Assembly (NCBI GenBank): GCA_024346625.1
Contig: AP024666.1
Location: 310,001 to 374,000, forward strand
Direction: 5' to 3'
From: Williopsis jadinii
Lineage: Eukaryota
DNA length: 64,000 bases
Numbering within the stretch: position 1 is the stretch's first letter; each line of letters begins with the position of its first letter. Positions 1-11,193 of the stretch are shown in pieces. Made by a program: the position numbers and the translations under genes. The notes under the pieces were generated by a model. The model saw nothing but the letters and a program-made list of their open reading frames with translations. It was not told where the DNA came from and did no database searches.

Positions 1-2
1 AG

Positions 3-3000
3 TCAATGCTGAGATCTGAAAGGTCTCATGAGACAAACTCAGCTGTTAGCAAACTTCCCCAAGACCGTTTTTCATCAAATGTGGTTTCCTCAAGATCAAT
101 GACAACCCCAAGATCCATGTCCACCGACTATCTCAAGTTAAAGATTAACCCATCAAGAACTGAATCTAGAAGATTGAAGATATTTGGTGATTCTGGTGGA
201 GCAAAGAAGGTTAGAATATTAGGCAAGGAAGAAGTTAAAGACTCTTTTGTTGATGATTCGAACGGCAACGCTGAGCTTGATCAAACACACCTCTTGTCAA
301 CGTCTCCGAATAAAAAGGAACAAGATAAATTTGCTGAGACTATATCAGGTGTATCATCTCAAGACTCTGAATATTGGTGCTCTCCTTCAATAGAGGAGTT
401 ACAGACGCTTCCTCTGAGACAGCTTGCGGAAGTGCCAGGGTTTACCATAGGAAGAAAAGGTTATGGTGTTATTAGATTTGAGCTTCCTGTTGATTTGACT
501 GCCTTTTGGTCGGACTTGAAGGGCAACTTATTTGGTAACATTGTGAAGATCAACAAGAACCACACCGTTGAAGTATATCCTAACGGATCCGTTCCTTTGG
601 GCACTGGCTTGAATGTCCCAGCTATTATCACTTTGGAAAAAGTGTTTCCAATAACTAGACGTAAAGTTGCTCTGAGTTCAGCAGAGAAAGACATTGAACA
701 TCGCTTGTTTGTTAAGAAGCTGAAAGAGCTGAAAGACATGGAATTTGTGACCTATGACCCTATTAATGGTTCATGGACGTTTAAAGTACAACATTTCAGC
801 ATTTGGGGGTTAGTGGAAGAAGATGATGCTGTTGTTGATATTGAAGAGGAACTTGCAAAGGCGAAAAGAAAAATTGCATCAGCAGAACCAGCAGAACCGA
901 CACAATCACTAAAGAGACCAACTCCTCCAGCAGTGTCGAAAAGTACTCAAAAGGTTATGAAAACAAACAACTTTGCCGAAGACACATTTCTCTACAAAAA
1001 GCAAAATGACAATAACACCTACGAATTCGATACAACTTCCTTCATTCCAGGGAGTTTCTTCTCCCCAGATGTTGATAATGAAGAGCATGTTGAAGAACAT
1101 AACGACGAGATAAATACTGAAAATATACTTTCAGACTCTAGTGTTGATGATGAGGAGGTCAATGCAGCTGTGCCTAGTCAGTTGGGATTTGATAACGATG
1201 ACTCGCTTTCTCCGGAGGACTTTGAAATGGTTGAAAAACAGTTTGAGCCGGAAGCCTTGGGTCAACAAGACTTTGATGTCTTGGATGCGAATCCATCTCT
1301 GAGCATTAGTGATGATTGGGATACACAATTGGAGTTATGTTCCCGTTATGATTCTGTTTTTGCTAGTGATAAACTGAAACAGACCACCATTTTTGAGGGT
1401 CCCTTTTCCAAAAACCTGACAGCTGGTGATCTAGACAAGTTGCTATATGGAGATTTTTCTAAAGTTCTCAAATCGCACCAGGCCATCAGAGATGAACTCA
1501 GATTCTCAAATTATTCGTTCGTTGAATTCTCGACATCAAATAAGCTATTGAGACAGACATCTCAAACGACATCGCATGTAAGTGCAAAATCTATCTACTT
1601 TCTATATGACTCTGATAATGGGCAGTTCTTAAAGTCTGTTTTCAGAAACCATCTATCATGCTCAAAAATTGTGGAAAGAAGCAATGGATTCCCAAAAGTT
1701 GCGCCAAACAAATGCTTTGACTTTAGACAGATCGCCAACAGCCTAAGCTATGATTTTTCACAGGAGCAGGGAACTGTTTGGGAACTGGCATCTGCATTGT
1801 TTGACAACAACACCAACGAGGAAATTGTCGGCCTTAATGACACCAGCGTTGTCAATAGAGTCTTGGAAATACAACGCCGTGAAGCCTTGATCTCGTGGAT
1901 CAAAAATGATATTCAGTCAGCAATCGACGCCAAATTGGATGCTTCAAACGACACCTTTGAACAGATATTCTTCCTTCTCAGTTCATTCAACATATCAAGT
2001 GCTGCTAAACTTGCTATAACATCTAATAATCTTCATTTATCTGTTTTGATCTCGTTGCTTGGTTCAAATGACCCTGAAGTGAAATTAAGTGCTGGGAAGC
2101 AACTTGAGGTTTGGAAACGTAACGCTGTTCTTCAAACAATTCCTTCGGGGCTTGTAAAGATTTACCAATTGCTCAAGGGAGATGTCTTGGCCACTGATCT
2201 AATTGATGGTCTCTCACCAAGCGTTTCTTGGAGAACCAAATTGGGTCTACTTCTTTCGTACGGTGACATCAATGAGTCTTTAGCCACACTCATTGGATCG
2301 TTTATTGATTCTGAGAGTGCATCAATTCCCGAGCAAGATCAAACTTTCTTCAACCTTTTCAAGCTATTTGTTTTCAAACACCATTCGATTTATGATATTT
2401 CTGAGATCTTTGCGTTGCTCAGAGGCTCTAAGTTGTACGATGTCACTTTACAATGGTATTTGTATGAAATTCTTTTCAGATCGACCAAGCAACTATCTTT
2501 TGGTGCTGATAATGAGTTCCTTGGAGATCGTACAACGTTACTCTTCAGTGAAGAATTGCAATCGATGGGGTTATGGGAAGAGGCACTCTTTGTGCTTTTG
2601 CATTTGACGAACAACAGTGCGTGCGAGTCCTCGATTACTAGACTGTTGTCCACTAACCCACAGATCTTAGAGAATGATGATGTTACTGAACGATTAGTTC
2701 AGCACTTATCAATTCCACAATCTTTGGTGTCTGAATGTAAGGCGCTTCATTGCAGATACACTGGAGACCACTGGAAGGAAGCACAGTATTTATTGGATGC
2801 TGGCAAATATGACGAAGCTCATAGAGTGATTGTCTCGTTTGTCGCCCCGGATGCTGTCATCAACAATGGTTCCAAGCTTGGTGAGTTGGAATCCTTGATA
2901 TCACAATTCCCAGAGCGTCCAAATATCAAAGGCTGGAACATTGGCGTATCTGTTTACAAGAACTATTTAAAACTTGTCTCATCAAAGTCAACCGCACAGT

Positions 3001-3245
3001 CACCATTGCGCTTCCTCATTGAGTCCCTTCCTTTGGTCAAGGCCTACAACTTCCGGATGAATGTTGCCCTTCAACTCATGTCCAAGTTTGTTGCCGATAA
3101 ACTAGCTCAATTACAGAGTAAAGAGGGATCTGGTGTATTGGATTTAGATGTTTCCAAGACCGATAAGCTCCCTCTTGGAGAGAGCGATAAATCTGCGGTG
3201 ATGGTTCTTGATCGTTTCTTGAAAAGAGAGGCGCTATCTTACTGA
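3..3245 (+). CDS. NUP145: Nucleoporin Nup145 (Nup98-96 family), 5'-truncated by window edge
   Basis: Autoproteolytic domain (YWCSPSIEEL...FTIGRKGYG...GLNVPAIITL...WTFKVQHFS, with the HFS cleavage motif) followed by a Nup96-like helical domain. The frame is open at the window start and no GLFG repeats are present, so the N-terminus lies outside. Confidence 0.93.
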   Translation, partial: SMLRSERSHETNSAVSKLPQDRFSSNVVSSRSMTTPRSMSTDYLKLKINPSRTESRRLKIFGDSGGAKKVRILGKEEVKDSFVDDSNGNAELDQTHLLSTSPNKKEQDKFAETISGVSSQDSEYWCSPSIEELQTLPLRQLAEVPGFTIGRKGYGVIRFELPVDLTAFWSDLKGNLFGNIVKINKNHTVEVYPNGSVPLGTGLNVPAIITLEKVFPITRRKVALSSAEKDIEHRLFVKKLKELKDMEFVTYDPINGSWTFKVQHFSIWGLVEEDDAVVDIEEELAKAKRKIASAEPAEPTQSLKRPTPPAVSKSTQKVMKTNNFAEDTFLYKKQNDNNTYEFDTTSFIPGSFFSPDVDNEEHVEEHNDEINTENILSDSSVDDEEVNAAVPSQLGFDNDDSLSPEDFEMVEKQFEPEALGQQDFDVLDANPSLSISDDWDTQLELCSRYDSVFASDKLKQTTIFEGPFSKNLTAGDLDKLLYGDFSKVLKSHQAIRDELRFSNYSFVEFSTSNKLLRQTSQTTSHVSAKSIYFLYDSDNGQFLKSVFRNHLSCSKIVERSNGFPKVAPNKCFDFRQIANSLSYDFSQEQGTVWELASALFDNNTNEEIVGLNDTSVVNRVLEIQRREALISWIKNDIQSAIDAKLDASNDTFEQIFFLLSSFNISSAAKLAITSNNLHLSVLISLLGSNDPEVKLSAGKQLEVWKRNAVLQTIPSGLVKIYQLLKGDVLATDLIDGLSPSVSWRTKLGLLLSYGDINESLATLIGSFIDSESASIPEQDQTFFNLFKLFVFKHHSIYDISEIFALLRGSKLYDVTLQWYLYEILFRSTKQLSFGADNEFLGDRTTLLFSEELQSMGLWEEALFVLLHLTNNSACESSITRLLSTNPQILENDDVTERLVQHLSIPQSLVSECKALHCRYTGDHWKEAQYLLDAGKYDEAHRVIVSFVAPDAVINNGSKLGELESLISQFPERPNIKGWNIGVSVYKNYLKLVSSKSTAQSPLRFLIESLPLVKAYNFRMNVALQLMSKFVADKLAQLQSKEGSGVLDLDVSKTDKLPLGESDKSAVMVLDRFLKREALSY

Positions 3246-3565
3246 TTTAGATTGTTCAACTAGGTACATTACGTTGTTTTCATAGAGAGTGTGTTTGTAT
3301 AAGAAATGTATCAATTGAAAGAAAAAGAATCATATTTATGTCTTCCGTTGTAGCGTTTCGTTTAATGGAAACTGGAGATGGTTTTTTTTTTGTCTCTCTT
3401 TTTTTTTCGTTTCGAATGGCCAAAACAGCTGAGGGAGAAATAGGGAAGAAAACCCCAGAAGTGGTGATCCACTTTAACGTCATAGGGCCCTCATTGATAT
3501 CTGTGAAGTTGTTTCTGCACAATTGCTAAGAACCGTCTCCCTTTGTATCTCCAGGGTTAGGAATA

Positions 3566-4729
3566 ATGGCTGAGAACTCCATTGAGAGACCACAGACCCC
3601 GCTGAAGTCTCGGGCTGTACCTCTCCAAGATGCCAATGTTACTGTCGATTTGAAATCACCGGTATCATCACCACAATCAATGCTGAAATCACCCACTTTC
3701 ACGCCTTCATCGCTGGGGACAAGTTATCAGGTCTCGAGTTCCCCTTCGCCCCTGTTGCTTGCTGTGGATGAGGTGACTCCCTTAAATCCTCGCGATGAAG
3801 AGTCGGCGCTATACTCTGATTCTGATGGTGCTTCGCAAATCAGTGCACTGCCATCGAGAGAAGAGAGGCGTAAGGGCAGAAAGAAGAGCAGCAGTGGGAA
3901 GAATCGAAGAAGAAAAAGTGATTCAGAGAAGAGTGGGAGAAGCGCTAGGTCCTCTAGTGGGCAAAGGGACAAGATTCCTCAAACGACCAAGATATTTCGA
4001 AACCTGTTGGTGTTGGAGGAGAGCTTACGACAACAGTATAAGGAACAGAAATCCTTACGGCGTAAGTTTACAATGTTTTTAGCAATCTTGGCCGGTCTTG
4101 AAGGCTTTGTGATCTACTTACTCTATTTCACAAGTCCTGTGTTGTCTCAGTTTAGACAATATTCCATGAAATTCTCTGCCTTTTTCATTCTAGTTACACT
4201 TGTGCTCTTCCATTTGTCAGGTGAATATCGTCGAACCATTGTCATACCCAGACGCTTCTTCAACTCGATGAACAAGGGTATCAGACAGCTAAACCTTCGG
4301 CTTGTTAAGGTTAAGAGTCCTATGAGTGATAAAGTTGTTGACTTTATAAGGTATTCCTTATCAATAATCCACTACTGGTGCTCTAATGTATTCCAGTATT
4401 CAGGTCCATTGAAGAGGACGTTTATTGGAAGGTGGATCGAGTTGGCCCTCCGCAAAATTGAGCTTACATCTCAGCCTCGTATCGGTGCTACAGATTTGAA
4501 GTTGGTATTAAACCCCAGAAGTTTCAATTCTGAGATAAGAGAAGCCTGGGAGCTCTACAGAGATGAATTCTGGTCTAGAGAAGGTGCCAAGAGGAGACAG
4601 CTATCCAACGGAGATGAAAAGTATAAGCAGGTGATGAACAAGGAGTCATTGGTTGAGAAGCACAGACAACAAAGAAAAAATCGTAGAAAGAGTAAACTTG
4701 ATGAAAAGTCACTCTTATCATCCAAATGA
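3566..4729 (+). CDS. SPO7: Nem1-Spo7 phosphatase regulatory subunit
   Basis: KIFRNLLVLEESLRQQ motif, two hydrophobic segments, LFHLSGEYRRTIVIPRRF, and REAWELYRDEFW. Lies near MDM10/SWC3 as in S. cerevisiae. Confidence 0.92.
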   Translation: MAENSIERPQTPLKSRAVPLQDANVTVDLKSPVSSPQSMLKSPTFTPSSLGTSYQVSSSPSPLLLAVDEVTPLNPRDEESALYSDSDGASQISALPSREERRKGRKKSSSGKNRRRKSDSEKSGRSARSSSGQRDKIPQTTKIFRNLLVLEESLRQQYKEQKSLRRKFTMFLAILAGLEGFVIYLLYFTSPVLSQFRQYSMKFSAFFILVTLVLFHLSGEYRRTIVIPRRFFNSMNKGIRQLNLRLVKVKSPMSDKVVDFIRYSLSIIHYWCSNVFQYSGPLKRTFIGRWIELALRKIELTSQPRIGATDLKLVLNPRSFNSEIREAWELYRDEFWSREGAKRRQLSNGDEKYKQVMNKESLVEKHRQQRKNRRKSKLDEKSLLSSK

Positions 4730-4771
4730 AGTCATGCAGATGGATCTAAATGATGTATAATTTAATAATGA

Positions 4772-5900
4772 ACCGTAAATAGTAGTGACTCTTATGAGAT
4801 TGTTTACGGTAGAAGGTGGTGCTTTACCACATCATCAATGTTTGTATGGTGAACTTTTTGGTCTCAGTTGTATTCGTTCGCTTTGCTAATCGTTAAGATC
4901 CTACTGAGACATACACGGGCAAAACTGGTCGAACGATCTGTTGGTGGCCGTAAGCCTTGGGAACCGCTAGCTTTCTTCAGAACAACTTTCGGCCACTTGG
5001 TAATTCTGGTTTGAATATTATGGAGGACTTGAAGTCTCTACATTACAGTATTTAGGACTACAGCCTAGAACTCATTTATCGACAATGATTGGTTGAGTTC
5101 ATAGTGCTATGTGACAAGATCGACGCTAGGCAAAGTTGGTGTCCTGATGTTGACATCGGCCTGTCAATATCATCGTGCTTTAAGGCAAAAATGTTGAGGA
5201 ACATAGCTTCAAATACGTTGGAGAATGTGTTTTCCAAAGGCTCAAATGCTTGGTTTCCATATATTGATTTAACTTATAAAATTAGTAGTTATGGAGCTGA
5301 ACATATTATTTGGTTATGTGGATTATTTCTTGCAATGTGAGTTTCAAATTCGGAAAAATAGCCTTGAATATTCTTTCTCAAAATTAAAATTCAACTTATT
5401 GAATACTGTGTTATTGGCTATAAAAGCATCCATACTTTACAATTATCATTGGATACTGCACATAATGAACTATAAAACACTCGTGATGTTTTAAAGTCTA
5501 CCTGTGAAAACACAGCTGGCTGCTTTCTGGTCTATTGTATAAGCGTGATGCCGACCCTTTTACTTTAATGCAACAACTATACTCAGAAACGGCACTAAAA
5601 TATCTGCTAAGAAGATTTAATCCATTCTGACACGAATTATATAGAATGCATGGGTGCATTCATATCGTATTGACTGTCTCTAAACTTCACACAACACCTT
5701 CGATGGCACTGTCCCTTCCCATAACACCTAGCGAACTTGACCTTGGAAAGCCAAAACAACCCCAGCTGATACAAAGTATCATTTGGCCACATCCTTATAA
5801 AGCACACAGCTTCAGAGCCTCAACACTCATCCACCGGGAAGGATGATTGCTGAGTCTGGGAGTCGATCATCATCATCAAATCAGAGCTGTTGATGTGGTT
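4772..5900 (+). ncRNA. Candidate long structured non-coding RNA (identity unknown)
   Basis: No credible ORF; more than 10 local stems of 6-11 bp, with G-U pairs on the + strand (see findings). Boundaries approximate. Confidence 0.4.
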
Positions 5901-6111
5901 ACCTCTTCACTTCAGACAACTTCCAGACACCAACCACTTCTGACACACTTATGCCCGGGCTCATAACGCCAATTCGGTACACACCACACACGGACGCACC
6001 GAGGCTTTTCCGAGATCAACAAACAACAACGCATACGTAAATTCACCACCTTTCTCAAAATCACGAGGATCAAAAGGTACTAAGAACAAAGGTGTTGTCA
6101 TTTAAGGAGTG

Positions 6112-8424
6112 ATGGACCAGGTAGAATGCCAGAAGTATGAACGCCTTCTTGGACGTGTGACAAACTCCGTCCAATTGGAGAAGTTTGTGCATGCCATTGA
6201 GTCTGCTGAGGCCCAACTTCGAGACGAGTTGGACGACTACATCGATTCCAGAAACCATGTACAGGAGAGTAAGAAGATCGAGCTTGCACGGACCGAGCTG
6301 TCCACCACGTTGAATAATTCGAGTAATCTTGTGAACCTGTTGTCCAATGCAGGGTCACTGGCCTCCAAGATCACCGCGAGGGTGAGACTCCTTGATGCTG
6401 AAAGGGCTAGAGTCAGTGAGACATCAGAGTACGTGGCGAAGGTTAAGGAGTTGAAAACGTCTGTGTTGGCCGTCAATGCTGCATTTGAACAGCACGACTG
6501 GGAGTCTGCTGCAAGAACGATTGGCACCATACGTACTCTGCCTAGATCTGGCGAATTTATAAATGCAGTGGTGCCATCCACAGACGTTCCAGAAATTCCT
6601 CAAGTTGTCGTTGATAAGTGGATAGACCAACTCACGGATCTCTTCAGCTCAGAGTTCTCAAAGGCTGCTGAGGCGAGAGACGTACCAAGACTGACGAAAT
6701 TGTTCTCTCTGTTTCCTCTCATTGGTAAAGAAGCGAAAGGTTTGGACTGTTACTCGATCTTCATATGCAATATCATTGCATCTCAAAGTAGGTTGATTAT
6801 AACGAATCAATCACAGCAGGACATTGTGGGGTTCTATCCAGCAGCGCTCATGAAGCTGTTGGAGATTGTGTCGACAATGATCAACCAACACTCACACGTC
6901 ATTGCTAAGTACTATGGCCTTTCTCATATGACTGGAATCATTGAAAGGGTCGAAAGAGAAACAGATTCTCAAGCAGGACTTATTGGTGATACGTTCTACG
7001 ACCATAGACATTTCGCTAGAACCATCGATGAGATTCAACTGTACTCGTTTCCTCTTTTGTCAAATAATTCACAATCAAGAAATTCACCCTCTCCAAGAGG
7101 TAGTGGTGAGTACAAAAGAATGAGCGAAGAAGGTATATCTGTTGTGATGATTGGTGATTTGGCCACCGAATTATCTTCTTTCCTACACTATTGGTCGCTA
7201 TACTGTAAGTTTATCGCAGTCAAATGGAACGAGTACAAAGGAATTGACCAAGAGGAGTTGAAGTTACCGACTCCTATATTGGAGAGTAAATTCTTTAAGA
7301 AAATCCAGGGTAAATTCTTACCAACTTTTGAAGTTTTTAGTACTTTTTATGTCAGGAGGTCATTAGAACAGGCTTTCCAAATCGAGGAGTTCCCAGATTT
7401 GAACGTCTACATTAAACAACTCAAGAGTACATCACCAGAGTCACCACCCGTGTCTTCTGCTATGGAGGATTTCATCATGGTGGTTTCAACAGCTTTGAAG
7501 CAAGCCATTGAAACGGGACAACCTGTGACAGTAAAGAACATCATCAACAACGTGAAGAAGATACTTGAGAGCGACTATATTATGACACTGCATAAGAGAT
7601 TAAAGGATCTGCACCCACGATCTGGTGCTGTACTTCAAGCATCTACCACTGCAAGTGCAGCACCACAACCTAAGCAACAAAATACTGTGGGAAGTATATT
7701 CATGAGGGGTGCCAATGCACTGAATCAGATCGCAGCAGGTGAAGATACAAGACTGCATACGTTTATAATCTTGTTGAACACCGTGAGTTTGGGATCGATA
7801 TACTTTGACAAGATCATAAAGCAAAACACGTCACTACTTGCTACGAACTATCCCTTTGGATCAGATGCCACCAAGCTAGAGACAATCATTTCGTCCGTAA
7901 ATGATCAATTCAAGAAGAGATCGCAAGGAATTCTTGACGAACAAGTACAAATTCTTTTCAACCAGGTTCTGAAGAACAAGCTCAAGATCCTTCTAACGGA
8001 CTGCTTCAAGGATGTTGATTACCTGATCAGTTCATACGACGAAGACGACAACGTTGTTACAAGAAGGTTTGTTCAAAGCTGGAATGCCCTCATATCTCCA
8101 TATTTGAAAACACTGGACTCACATGTCTACGACACCCTCATCACCACCATTGTCTCAACACTCTCCAACTTGTTGGAAAGAAAGCTATGGAGCCTAGAGA
8201 AGATCATCAACGAGCTGGGCTCAATCAAATTGGAGAGAGATTTCAGTGGACTCATCGGTGAGATTACGCATAATAAGTACAGCTTGAGGGATAAGTTCTT
8301 GAGGGTTACGCAAATCATCATGATCTTAGGCTTCGACGATGAGGAGGATGAGATCGATATGAATTGGGTGCTCACACCATCCGAGAGACAGAAGGCAAGG
8401 TCGCTTAGAGTTGATAGAAAGTGA
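6112..8424 (+). CDS. COG4: Conserved oligomeric Golgi complex subunit 4
   Basis: Long helical ORF with LFSLFPLIG, ERETDSQAGLIGDTF and C-terminal NELGSIKLERDFSG...LRDKFLRVTQI...WVLTPSERQKARSL. First ATG at 6112. Confidence 0.92.
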   Translation: MDQVECQKYERLLGRVTNSVQLEKFVHAIESAEAQLRDELDDYIDSRNHVQESKKIELARTELSTTLNNSSNLVNLLSNAGSLASKITARVRLLDAERARVSETSEYVAKVKELKTSVLAVNAAFEQHDWESAARTIGTIRTLPRSGEFINAVVPSTDVPEIPQVVVDKWIDQLTDLFSSEFSKAAEARDVPRLTKLFSLFPLIGKEAKGLDCYSIFICNIIASQSRLIITNQSQQDIVGFYPAALMKLLEIVSTMINQHSHVIAKYYGLSHMTGIIERVERETDSQAGLIGDTFYDHRHFARTIDEIQLYSFPLLSNNSQSRNSPSPRGSGEYKRMSEEGISVVMIGDLATELSSFLHYWSLYCKFIAVKWNEYKGIDQEELKLPTPILESKFFKKIQGKFLPTFEVFSTFYVRRSLEQAFQIEEFPDLNVYIKQLKSTSPESPPVSSAMEDFIMVVSTALKQAIETGQPVTVKNIINNVKKILESDYIMTLHKRLKDLHPRSGAVLQASTTASAAPQPKQQNTVGSIFMRGANALNQIAAGEDTRLHTFIILLNTVSLGSIYFDKIIKQNTSLLATNYPFGSDATKLETIISSVNDQFKKRSQGILDEQVQILFNQVLKNKLKILLTDCFKDVDYLISSYDEDDNVVTRRFVQSWNALISPYLKTLDSHVYDTLITTIVSTLSNLLERKLWSLEKIINELGSIKLERDFSGLIGEITHNKYSLRDKFLRVTQIIMILGFDDEEDEIDMNWVLTPSERQKARSLRVDRK

Positions 8425-8588
8425 TTACATAAGTCTGCAATGAGTAAAGCTACAAGGCTATTGTGTAGTGCGCGTAACGAAATTTGGCCAGGCTCGGTTC
8501 TCCCAGTAACAGACGGCGTTGACAAGCACCGTAACTGTGCCCAAGAAGATCACTTCTCACAGCCAATTGACGGGCAGAGCAAGCGTAA

Positions 8589-9825
8589 ATGAAGGAGTAC
8601 ATGGACTACATTCTCCAGTCATTCTATCGAGCATCTGGTTGGAGTGAAGATAACTCCTATGAGAATATTGTGGCCACCAGTGAAGGTGAGTGGGTGCTTG
8701 CGTTGATCTCTCGGACAGGAACTAACACCACCTCGAATAGCGCTGATAGATTTCCAGATACCAAATGATGTGAAGCTGTGTGTAGGCTCAAAGTCATCAG
8801 AGAATACAGCTACGCAGCTGACGTTGAGTAACAGTGGCTCTATTAACGGGTCCTTGGCGTACCTCTACACTTCAGCACCATTAAAGGACGTGCTTGGTAC
8901 GAAAGATTTGTCTCTACAAGATGCCATCAACGGATACCGTGTGATAAGACCCGTCTATCCCCTTTCAAAACCCGTGAAAGTGGATAGATTTAGCCCTCAT
9001 ACTCTCTACTATGGAAGAATGTACTTCCCTGGATCTGCATTAGAGGCAATGGTCATCAAGAGATGGTCAAAGACATCCCAACTATTGGTGAAATGTGTAA
9101 GTAGCGATAAGTTGAAGAACAATGGGACAATGACCTTTTACTGGCAGAGAGACACTGGTAGACTGTCACAGGAGTATATATTCTCCACGAATGAGGCACT
9201 CTTAGGGTTCAGATGCCTCTACAATTTTAGCCAAGGTGCAAAGAGGCTCAATACCGCACTGTACAACAACTCATCACTTTCCGTTGGAACGGAACTATGG
9301 TTTGGTACTGCAAATATGAGTCCTGGAGTATCTACTGCTCTGAGATACTCTACACAATCAACCTATACGGGGAAACCCTTGACCATGACATTGGCATGTA
9401 ATCCGTTACTGGGTCACATCTCATCAACGTACAGTGTAAAGACAAGTACAAACTCCACATTCTCATCACGTTATGATTTCAACATTTATTCATACGATTC
9501 CAACTTGTCGTTTGGGTGTGAGCTCTGGAAATCTAGTGGTAAAACCTCAGTGCTTCCCCTGAAGAAGATTGACCCATCTTTGAAACCACATGCTAAACAC
9601 TCAAATAGTGACCAAACAGTCATCGAGGCATTTGAAAGCTTAGTTAGAGACACTGATTATTCCAGTGTGATCAAACTGAGTACTTCATTGAACGACCGAA
9701 ACATCAGATTCATGTGGGAGGGAAAGTTCAAAGAGTTTTTACTTTCTGCAGGAACTGAGCTTCGAATGAGCGACAAATCCTTAGAGACGGGAAGATATGG
9801 ACTTCAGATACAGTATTCATCGTGA
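8589..9825 (+). CDS. MDM10: ERMES/SAM beta-barrel subunit Mdm10 (2 exons; intron 8686-8740)
   Basis: Exon 1 MKEYMDYILQSFYRASGWSEDNSYENIVATSE; GTGAGT donor at 8686, ACTAAC at 8721, TAG at 8740. Splices in frame to ALIDFQIP and the 8770 ORF (LYYGRMYFP, YSSVIKLSTS, YGLQIQYSS). Confidence 0.95.
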
Positions 9826-9829
9826 AAGT

Positions 9830-11161
9830 CTAAGATGGTTCACTCTTCACCTTCTTTTGACGCTTCGGAATAGCCAAAAGTGGATTATCCTCGGTCTATA
9901 GTAAATGTTAGTAACCGTCATGTATAGTTGCAAAGCTAGAGTTTTACTCACGGTTTTTCTTTTATTGTATTTCTTTGGTGGGTTCTCCAAAAGTTCCAAT
10001 TGTTCTCTCAATTCTTCAGCGAGGTCTTCATCATCATAAGCATCAACTTGATACCATAACATGTACTTAGGAGCTCTCTCCCCTGTCGATATAATTTCTT
10101 CCATAATCTCAAGTACTTTCTCAGGTTTGTAAAAACTATTGAGAAAGATTGGATCATACTTCTCCTCAACCCCAATTATCTTGAACGAAAATGCAGTGAA
10201 GTAAGGTTGTGGTTTCGGATCATTGATATCTTCAACCTTTGGAGGAACTGGCTGTGCTTCCTTTTCAGATTCGTCTAAATGATCGTTCCCTCTTGTACGT
10301 CTATGAGACTTCTCATCGTTAGCATCCTTTTTAACTTCGAGTTCCTTGTTTTCAGCAGCTTTCCGCTCTTCTTTCTCTTTTCTGTTCTGTTGTCTCAGCT
10401 CCCATTTTTTGATCTTTTCAATGTTGAACACAACAAGGAAAGAAACGAGGTACTCATTTGGTGCACTTTTCTCTACTATACAATCCTTTGGAAGAGTGAA
10501 CCTAACATTTGGGTTCTCAGCAAACTCAAACACAAGTTGTGCTCCTTCGACGTACTTTTCCTGGAATGTCGTTAAGAGTTTCTCTCTCGGAGGTTTCACC
10601 TTCTTTGGTTTCTTTGGTGGTTTTGGTGGTTTGGGAGGGTTATTGAAAGTGGAAAATATTGGTTTAAAGTGTGGTGGAGGACCCATAGACTTTGCCCGTT
10701 GGATATAACCTTGGAACTCCCTTATTTGGGCAGGAGTAGCGTTTCCGCTTGCAACGATCTTCATCAATGGGTTCAAGGCAGGATCTGATCTTGCGATGAT
10801 ATTCAAGTTTGCGATGGTCATTTGAGATTCTGGCGTTTGCATTGCATCGTTTGTCGAGTTTTGTTGCCTCAGAGGTTGTTGTAGTTGAGGTTTCAACTGT
10901 TCCTCGGGTTTCTGGACCTTTTGTATGTTCTGTTTAGGTTGATCCTTGCCAGAGGATGCCGCAGTATCCAACGAGGGAGTAGGCACTTTACTAGGTCCAT
11001 TATCCGTGACAGTTTCTGTCAAAGTCGGTAGCTGCTCAGTTGAATCAGTTTTGGAGGGCTCTTTCGATTCATCCGCATCTGTTGTATCTCGGCTTTGCTG
11101 CTCATGGTTCTCTTCTCCCTTATTAATCTTATTATTTTCATCTTCATTTTCATTTTCATTT

Positions 11162-11193
<32 letters not shown>

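Noticed and set aside
5089..5846. Short ORFs (83, 67, 66 aa) in the SPO7-COG4 spacer
   Set aside because: No recognisable domains, and lengths are within the random range.
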